Source: Basidiobolus meristosporus CBS 931.73 (lineage: Eukaryota; Fungi; Basidiobolomycota). Taken from it: a stretch of DNA of 64,000 bases. How positions within the stretch are numbered: position 1 is the stretch's first letter; every line of letters starts with the position of its first letter. The DNA is taken from contig MCFE01000490.1 in the NCBI GenBank assembly GCA_002104905.1, positions 1 to 64,000 on the forward strand, in the 5' to 3' direction. Under the pieces are notes generated by a model. That model saw only the letters and a list, made by a program, of their open reading frames with translations. It had not been told where the DNA came from and did no database searches. Below, one piece after another: positions 55,684-64,000 of the stretch. The position numbers were made by a program, and so were the translations under genes.

Positions 55684-55749
55684 AATACTACTTTAATTCT
55701 ACACCACAAGAGCATAGCCATCTTTGTCAACTTGTGCAAACTAAGTCAG

Positions 55750-58300
55750 ATGAGTTTGTGAGGCCTTTGGGCTCACCTCAACCTTCTGAATATGTCATGC
55801 AGAGTGATAGCCCTGACAAAGAAGGCCTACTGATGAATTGTGAGCTTATCTCCCCTAACAACAGTACCACGCATGAGCCTGGTTGAGTCCCAATATGAAA
55901 TGAGACAGCACCCATTGAAATAAATGCTAAGGATGCTTTATGGAGCCAAGTGAGCCCAGTAATCCATCTACTGGTGAAAGATGTATTGTTGTGGCTAGAG
56001 AAGTGACAGATTTCCGCTGATATCAGTAATGGGGGTGTTGAGGACTTATTACTACTTCTTGCTAAAATACTCCAAAATGCAACATACCATGTATATGGAA
56101 CAAGTGGGCAACCATCATGCAGCTGGTAACATATGACCCAGAGACTTTCCTGATTCCAGCATGTGCTAACAGTTGCATGGCTTTCACATCCAAAAATGCT
56201 ACCATTGCAATATGTCCAAGTTGCCAGGAATCTACTACCATTGAAGGAAAACATTGCTCAAACTTTGGATATATTCCAGTAATACCCCATCAAAAGAAGC
56301 CCATGCAGTCCAAAAATATTTAAAGCTATAGAGTACTGCACTCAGTTTCAATCAAGCACAAACATATCCGATATATTCAATGGCAAACGTTATAAACAGC
56401 TAAGAAGCAAGGAATACTTTGAAGGCATGTATGATAATACCTTTGACCTGGCACTTGATAGATTTACATCAAACAAGTACTCTACCAGAAGATCCTGCTG
56501 GCCACTGATTCTCATCAACCTGAATCTGCCACCTATTTTATGGTATCATAGCAAGATTCTGATGGCAGTCTCAATGGTGTCTTGGCCTAAATCACCATCC
56601 AACCTGCATAGCTACCCGCATCCATTTATGGATGCATTTGGTGTACTTTCCAGTAGGATAACAGTAAGTGGCTGTCATGTAAAAGCACATATTATTATCT
56701 GCATTGGAGACACCCCAGCTATCAGCATGATAATTGGCTTTTCTTGGCAAAATGAACAGTTTTGCTATCATATGTGTGTGATCCAGGGGATTTACTCCTT
56801 AGCTACACACAGTACTATTACCTAAATATCAATACTAAAAGCATCATCTTCCCACAGAGATAACATACAGAAGTCAGCAAGCAAGTGCAGCAAAGTTGGC
56901 AAGCTATAAGCCATTGGCTGGAATATGGAATCAATTGGAAACCAGAGATACTTAAGATGGAGGGTATCTGTTAGAGCAAAAGTTTTTGATTGCAAGTATT
57001 GTGTTTGCTTTTCAGCAATATTCCTATGCTGATGAATAAGTTGTTTATGGGGCATTTCAAGCTAAATGAGCCCCTTAAGATACCAGAGAAATCTGAAAGA
57101 ACTGACAAGATATTACAGAGTATCCATTTCCAAAAGTACTTCTCACAGGCTCCAATAATTATTCATACATATATAAAACAATACAAATGCAAAGACTGGA
57201 TTAATTGGATATGTATTTAGTTAAGTGGCACTCTGGAGCCATTCCTACCTAGAGTCCATGGGAAGCATTGGAAGTCATATGTTTGACAATTTAGGAATAT
57301 TTACCCAGAAGCAGATCACCACGGCCAATTTGACACATCTACAGCTGTTGTGCAAGGAGTTTGTAACAGGATTTGAGCAGCTCTACTACAAACCCAAAGC
57401 TGAGCACGTAGATCTCTGCTGCTACTGTATCCACTCTTTACTTCATGTTGCTCATTGTATGGAGAATATTGGACCTTGCTTCACCATTTGGGAGTTTCCT
57501 ATGGAGCAAATGTGTGGGGAGATAGGAACACAAGTCAAGTGGCAGGTACTACCATACCCCATTCTCATCAAGAATATTACCTTCAAGTCTGTCATGGATA
57601 TAATGAGTTGGCACATGGAGGACAGCTGGGAAGAGTTGGAAAATACTGAGGACAGATGTGTACATAGGGACACCAATGACTATGGCATTAAGAAGCTAAG
57701 CAGCTGCAATGCATGGGTAATGAATTAGGTAATGCAAAGTTGGGTTGGGTGCAACAAGCAACTAATTTCTATACGGAAAGCTCTACCAGGGTATGCTGGA
57801 TTTTCATAGCACAAGCCAAATTCTACACCATTCAATACAGAATGCACACAAACAAGAGCCAGAGCACACCTATAAGGGGGACTAGAATCTAGCAGGGAGA
57901 AGGAATATATTGGCTCAATACCAAGAAGCTCTTTGCAGATTTTCAGAAGGTATTCATGGCAGAAGTGGTGGCAACCAAGCATATATTTGCAAGATGTATA
58001 TAATACCATCAGTACACAGTATATGACATCTTTGCAAGTATCACACTAAAAACCATAAAGTTGAGGTGATAGAAGTATGTTGATTGTGGCAGGTATGTGC
58101 ATTTGTGGTGGTTAGTAAGAAGGAGGCCATAGTTCTTATTGATTAATACTATATGTGGCATACCCAAGGAAGTAGCGGGTAGGCAAATAAAGAGGGGTGA
58201 TTCTATGGTAGAAAATATGAACCTCACAGGGGAAGGTGGAAAAAGGAAATACTATTTAGTAAATTGGTACAGTAGCATTATTCAAAACTAACTGTAGGCT
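55750..58300 (+). pseudogene. Degenerate Tnp2-family (Transposase_21 plus DUF4218-like) transposase, approximate limits
   Basis: ACANSCMAFT...CPSC...FGYIPVIP, SCWPLILINLNLPP, HIIICIGDTPAIS and FVTGFEQLYY...IHSLLHVA...IGP...WEFPMEQMCG. Confidence 0.85.
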
Positions 58301-58661
58301 GCCATACTGCTATAATAATGACATCAGTGACTTGCAATGAGGCTGTCAAAATACCATCAAGTTCTTTGCCATATAAATCAATAGGATACACTGGCTGGTT
58401 ATATGCAGTTAAAATAGTTGTTGAGCGCATTATGACTGCAACAATGCCATGCAATTATCTACACAGCACCAATCAAACCCTGTGAAGTTTTATAGTTTTA
58501 TTTGGCCGTAAAATTGGCAAAAGCACCATTGTGATCCCTTCATATGATTTTCAAGAGGGTCACTAATTCCAAGCTGCTGATACTATGATGGTCTCCAAAT
58601 GGGATCCTGATAGCTGATCCAGATTGGATCCACCTACAGGACCAAGTTACTTTTCATAGGG

Positions 58662-60430
58662 AAACTGTCTGGAAATCAGTCAAAGTTTGAGCCAAAAAGT
58701 GTAGAATGCATATATTGGGTTTACTGCAATGAGAGTAAGGAATACATACTCTATAATGCCAAAGTAAAGAAGCTGATCAATTCCAGGGATGTGTTGTTTA
58801 ATGAAAACTGATAACTCCCACAAAATATGACACAAGATAATGATAAAAATCTGATCTCAAGTCCACCAGTTTTAAGGACTGAATAAGAGAAAAACAATGA
58901 GACATTTTCACTCCAGAGGACTCTGTAACCATGGTTAAGCCTGAATCAATGCCCAGGAATATTCCTGAAGTGACTATTTCAGTATCGGAAGCCAGGAGAT
59001 CTAACTGGACCAGAAATAGCCCAAATTACTCTATCAATGTGGGTACAAACTTAGCCCATGCCTATTCTGTCCGTATTGATGAGCTCTACACTGTAACAGT
59101 GGCCCTAAATATGCCCTTAAATAAGGTTGTGCAAATCTGCAATCACTGAGGAGTATCAGGTCCTGATGGGAAATCAAATTGGGGACTTAGTCAAGTTACC
59201 AACCAACCAGAAGTCAATTCAATGCAGATGGGCCTTCAAGACACAAAACAAGTCTGATAGCACAATAGAAAGATGCAAAGCATGACTTGTACCCAAAAGA
59301 AGCTCTCCAACAAAAGGACCTGACTATATTTAGACCTTTGCATTGATAGCTAAGTTTATTTCCATCAGATCATTATTGAATACTGGAGCCAAATATGAGT
59401 TTATAAAGATAAATGCATCTAAAAGCTGCATTTTTGAATAGAGAGCCTGATGAGGATATGTTTTGGACCAGCCTGATGGATTTCTTGACCAAGATAACCC
59501 CTATCTGGTCTGTAAGCTTAAAAAATCTTTATAAGGACTCAGACAATCACAAAGAGCCTAGAATTGCAAGATAGATTATATTTTGGGATCTGTGAGTATC
59601 AAAAGCAGTAGTGCTGATGATAGTATATACTACAAGCCAGATAGAGCAAATCAGGTTCTATTAGCTCTGTATGTGGATAATCTCACATTAACCTCCAGTA
59701 ACCCAGAAAAGTTGGAAGAGACTAAGTTCAGCCTATCTAGGGAGTTCAAGATGTAAAATCTAGGAAAACTCAGTCACTACATGGGGATGAAGTTGTCTGT
59801 AGACAGAAGTACCCAGACTATGACCTTAAGCCAATCCAAGTATATCAAGATATACTAATTAAGTACTATACGGAAGACTGTATACTGGCCACTACCCTAA
59901 TGAAGTCAAACTTTAGCTTTGTCAAACTGAACCAAATAAAGAGAGCTCAGTGCCATCTCAAAGCCCTGACTTTTCTCATCAATTTACGGTGGGCAGTCTA
60001 ATGTATATCATGATTGGAACATATCTAGATGTCTCATATTCAGTGGGAGCTGTCAGTCAGCATAATTAGAACTATGGTTCTGATCATGTTGCAGCAGTTA
60101 AGTGGATTTTTAGATACCTAAAAGGAACTGCTAATATCTGACTAAGAGACACCTATAAGGATTCAGAATATGATCTTGGGGGATCCTCTGATGTTGATTG
60201 GGGACAAAACTTAGAAGACAGAAGATCCACCTCAGGATATACCTTTCTTCACTGCAAAGGGGTAACTTCATGGAACTCAAGAAAGCAACCAACCAGAGTA
60301 CTTTCTACCACATGGGCAGAGTATATGGTAGCTTGTGGGGCATAAAAGAAGCAATGTTGTTAAGGAAGCTTTTCTGAGTGCATTAACTTTTATGTACTCT
60401 CCTAGGACTTCTACAAGCACTAGACCAATT
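58662..60430 (+). mobile_element. Ty1/copia element, 3' fragment (SH3-like, RT, RNase H), pseudogenised
   Basis: KFEPKSVECIY...SRDVLFNE, WDLVKLPTNQKSIQCRWAFK, LYVDNL and DVDWGQNLEDRRSTSGY...SRKQ...AEY. Confidence 0.9.
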
Positions 60431-60431
60431 T

Positions 60432-60780
60432 TGGTAGTAAAAATTTGTAATTGCACCTGAATATTCACCTAACTTAGTCACTAAGATCATTACCTCTAAA
60501 TCCTAGAAAATACTGACCAAATTCCTTGCTGGGATTCACTTTGAATATTTTCATCAATATACTAGGTACCCAGAACATGAAAATTAGATAAGTTGACCAA
60601 GCAACCTCAGACTTGGCATACATGTTTTTGGGACCTCCCTAAGCCTATTCTACATGATTGCTATACCAACACCATGTAAAAGTATATATGCTACTTTTAC
60701 ATTCAATTAATCATGAAGTGAAAACCACATAATCTACTTGTTCTCTTAATCATTCCAATATCTCCAAGACCCTATCAACA
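60432..60780. mobile_element. Solo LTR, family D, opposite orientation
   Basis: Reverse-complement homolog of 51571-51919. No TSD is recognisable. Confidence 0.75.
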
Positions 60781-61260
60781 GTGCCAACAGTATCTTGCTG
60801 ACCACATAATACTTGTATAACCAAACCTAACTGCACTTGCCACCTTGTGCAAGCTGAGTGAGGTAAGTTTCTAATGCCTTTAGGCTTGCCACAGTCTACT
60901 TAATATGGCCAGCAGAATAATAGCATTTATTAAGAAAGCTCTGTTGAAATATTGGACTATTTGGTATCATTCTGCAGCTAAAAATTTACTTAAAAATTCT
61001 GGACTAGAATTGGTTACTGTGGGACTAATTTACAGCTCTAAATTTGCCACTTTCTTCAGATCTAAGATCTTATGATTATTCCCCTATAGTCAGGATCAAA
61101 TTAGCACTAATACTAACTATTATGTACTAGCCCTGAAATTGTTACTGAATGCTCCCAAATACTGAGAAACCCTCCTTACTTAGTGTTACAGTTGTATCAC
61201 TTCTACAAAGGTATAAATACTGAGCTTCTTTATTAATAAACAACAATTCAACCATTATTG

Positions 61261-63650
61261 CTCTATGAAAAATAATTTGGTCCTACGGGTGGAACCAATC
61301 CAGATCATCTGTCAAGATCCCCTTCAGAGACCGTCATAATAACAGCAGCTTGGAATTAGTGACCCTCCCGATGATCTTATAACAAGATCATGACGGTGTT
61401 GTGCAAATTTTGCAGCCAAATACAGGGATAAAACTTGACAATTTTTGATCAGTGCTGTGACAATATTTGCATATTATTGTTGCAGTCTTTCAGCACTCTA
61501 TTACTACTTTAAGCAGATCCAGTTGGCCAGGACTTCCAATTGCCTTATATGGCAAGAAACCTGACAGTATTTTGACAGGCTCACAGCAAGACTCCAATGG
61601 CTTTTTCTTGGTAGTATGACGGCCTGCCGCTGGTTCTGTATAATGCTACCATACCAATTTACCAAATGGTATTTTTTTTTTCTATCTCCCCTTTTGCAAT
61701 TGATATATTCCACGGTCAAATCACCTTTCTTTTTTTGCTTACCCACTACTACCTGGGGTATTCCACATATAGTTTGAATCAAAAAAAGCTATGGCCTCCT
61801 GCTTACTAACCTCTACAAACGCGCACACCTGCCTCAATTGACATACTTCTATCACCTCAACTTTAGGGCTTTTTAGTGTGATACTTGCAAAGTTGCCATG
61901 TACCTTGTACTGCTGGTAGCATATACATCTTGCAAACATATGCTTGGTTGTTGCCACTTCTGCCATGAATACCTTCTGAATATTGGCAAAGAACTTCTTG
62001 GTATTTAGCCAATATATTCCTTCTCCCAGCTGGATTCTAGTGCCCCTATAGGTGTGCTCTGGCTTTTGTTTGTGTGAATTCCATATTGAATGGTGTAGAA
62101 GTTGGCTTGTGACCACAAGAAATCCAGCATATCTTGGTGGAGTTTTCCTGATAAAAGTTAGTTGCTTGTTGCACCCAACCCAACTTTGCATTACTTAACT
62201 GATTACCCACGCATTGGGACTGCTTAGCTTCTTAATGCCATAGGCATAGGTGTCTCCATGTGCACATTTGTCCTCAGTATTTTCCAACTCTTTCTGGCTG
62301 TCCTCCATGAGCCAACTAATTACATCCATGACAGACTTGAAGGTAATATTCTTGATGAGATTGGGATATGGTGGTACCTGCAACTTGACTTGTCTTCCTA
62401 TCTCCCCACACATACGCTCCATAGGAAACTCCCAAAAGGTGAAGCCAGGCCCAATATTCTCCACACACCGTGCAAGAAGGAGTAGAGAATGGATACAGTA
62501 GTGGCAGAGATATACACATTCAGCTTTATGTTTGTAGTATAGCCGCTCAAATCCCGTCACAAACTCCTTGCACAACAGCTGTAGATTTGTCAAGTTGGCA
62601 TTGGTGATCTGCTTCTGGATACATATTCCTACAATGTCCACATATGACTCCAAATGCTTCCAATGTACTCTTGGTAGGAATGGCTTCAGAACACCACTTG
62701 AATAAATACATATCTAGTTCATCTAGTCTTTGCATTTGTATTGTCACATGTGTATATAAATATTAATTAGAGCCTGTGAGAAGTACTTAAGGTAGCGGAT
62801 ACTCTGTAATATCTTGCCAATTTTTTCAAATTTCTCTGGTATCTCAAAGGGCTCATTTAGCTTGAAATGCCCCATGTACAACTTGGTCATCAGTATAAGG
62901 ATATTGTTGAAAAGCAAATGCATTGCTCCCAGTGGAAAGCTTTTGCTCCAACAGATACCCTTAATCCTAAGTATCTCCGGTTTCCAATTGATTCCATATT
63001 CCAGCCAATGGCTTATAGCTTGCCAACTTTGCTGCAATTGCATGCTTACTTCTGTACATTCTCTCTGTGGAAAGATGATGTTCTTAGTGCTGGTGTTTGG
63101 GTAATAATAATGTATGTGAGTTACAGAGTAAATCCCCTGGATCTCACACATTTGACAGTAATAACATCCATTGTGCCCGGAAAAACATGCTATCTTGCTG
63201 ATGGCTGGGGAATCTCCAATGCAGATAATAATATGCGCTTTTACATGATAGCCATTTACCATTATCCCGCTGGAAAGCATATGAAATTCATTCAGCAATG
63301 GATACAGGTAGCTATCCAGGTTGGACAGTAATTTAGGCCCAGATACCAGTGAGACTACCATCAGATTATTGCTCTGATACTGTAAGATGGGCGGCAGATT
63401 CAGATTGATGAGAATCAGTGGCCAGCAGGATTTGTTGGTAGAGTACTTGTTTAATGAGAATTCATCAGGTACTAAAGCAAAGGCATGGTCATACATACCT
63501 TCAAAGTAGCCCTTGCTTCTTAGCTGTTTGTAATGTTTGCCATCAAATATATCAGATATGTTTGCGCTTGATTGATACTGAGTGCAGTACTGTATAGCTT
63601 TGCAATATTTGTTGGACTGCATCAGCTTCCTCATGTTATGATCTGCTGCT
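61261..63650 (-). mobile_element. Tnp2/CACTA-like DNA transposon, second transposase-bearing copy (5' part absent or interrupted)
   Basis: End CTCTATGAAAAATAATTTGGTCC at 61261. ORFs 62744-63634, 62195-62653 and 61739-62191 encode SDIFDGKHY, CWPLILINLNLPP, GDSPAISK...GHNG.YYC, MHLLFNN and WEFPMERMCG; they are paralogous to 56300-58300. Confidence 0.9.
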
Positions 63651-64000
63651 TGAATGTTTAAGTTAGATCAGTTTTTAGTCAAATCAATTAGTATATGTTT
63701 AGGTTATCAGTATATCAGTATTATCTATGAAATCAGTAGCATTAGTCAGCAAATGAATCAGCAGATCCTTATCAGACAGAAATAGATATATTAAGTAGGA
63801 TCTTATTGGGTGATGATGATGCAATCAAATGAGTCATCAGCCACAACCTACATTAGGAAATACAATTAGTCAGCAATTGATCTGGCAAAATGTATATAAG
63901 GAGCTACTGGAACCTCAATAAAAATCAGTTCAAGTTTTAGTGAATACAATACTAGCTAAACTCCCTATTCCTCTACCACTCTTATACCCAGACTTGTAAC

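Larger units (their letters stand above)
46338..58661 (+). mobile_element. Complete Tnp2/CACTA-like DNA transposon (about 4.8 kb after removing the Gypsy insert) with CCCTA termini and 3-bp TSD
   Basis: Left end CCCTATGGGAAATTATT; right end reverse complement CCCTATGAAAAGTAACT. Flanks are AGA and AAA. Removing the element and one 3-bp copy rejoins the copia frame FGCTAYGKR-LSGNQSKFEPKSVEC. Confidence 0.85.

Noticed and set aside
60432-60780. Family D LTR as the 3' LTR of the copia element
   Set aside because: RNase H is truncated, there is no PPT, and no same-orientation partner lies upstream of 45010. An independent insertion is more likely.

Overview
Eukaryotic, fungal-looking DNA with short GT-AG introns. 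The gene content suggests an early-diverging fungus (inference; species not determined). The window has three zones. (1) 1-10 kb: AT-rich, with a secreted bacterial-type solute-binding protein, a 7-TM GPCR-like gene and a secreted SMP-30/gluconolactonase. (2) 11-33 kb: a dense block of conserved genes (ERO1, calcipressin/RCN1, GDE1, C2CD5-like, ArfGAP-UBA, IRE1, EFR3), followed by an intronless 642-aa orphan with a candidate Cys-His-Asp triad and its tandem 5' pseudogene copy (34-37.6 kb). (3) About 38-64 kb: a CpG-depleted nest of dead transposons that can be reconstructed from target-site duplications (TSDs). A Ty1/copia pol is split in frame by a CCCTA-ended Tnp2 (CACTA-like) DNA transposon. 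That transposon holds a Ty3/Gypsy element (368-bp LTRs, extra ORF after integrase), which itself holds two solo LTRs. Three more copies of the DNA transposon and several more solo LTRs surround it. Exon boundaries and TE ends were read by eye; coordinates given as approximate are uncertain by tens of bp. No rRNA, tRNA or CRISPR array was seen.
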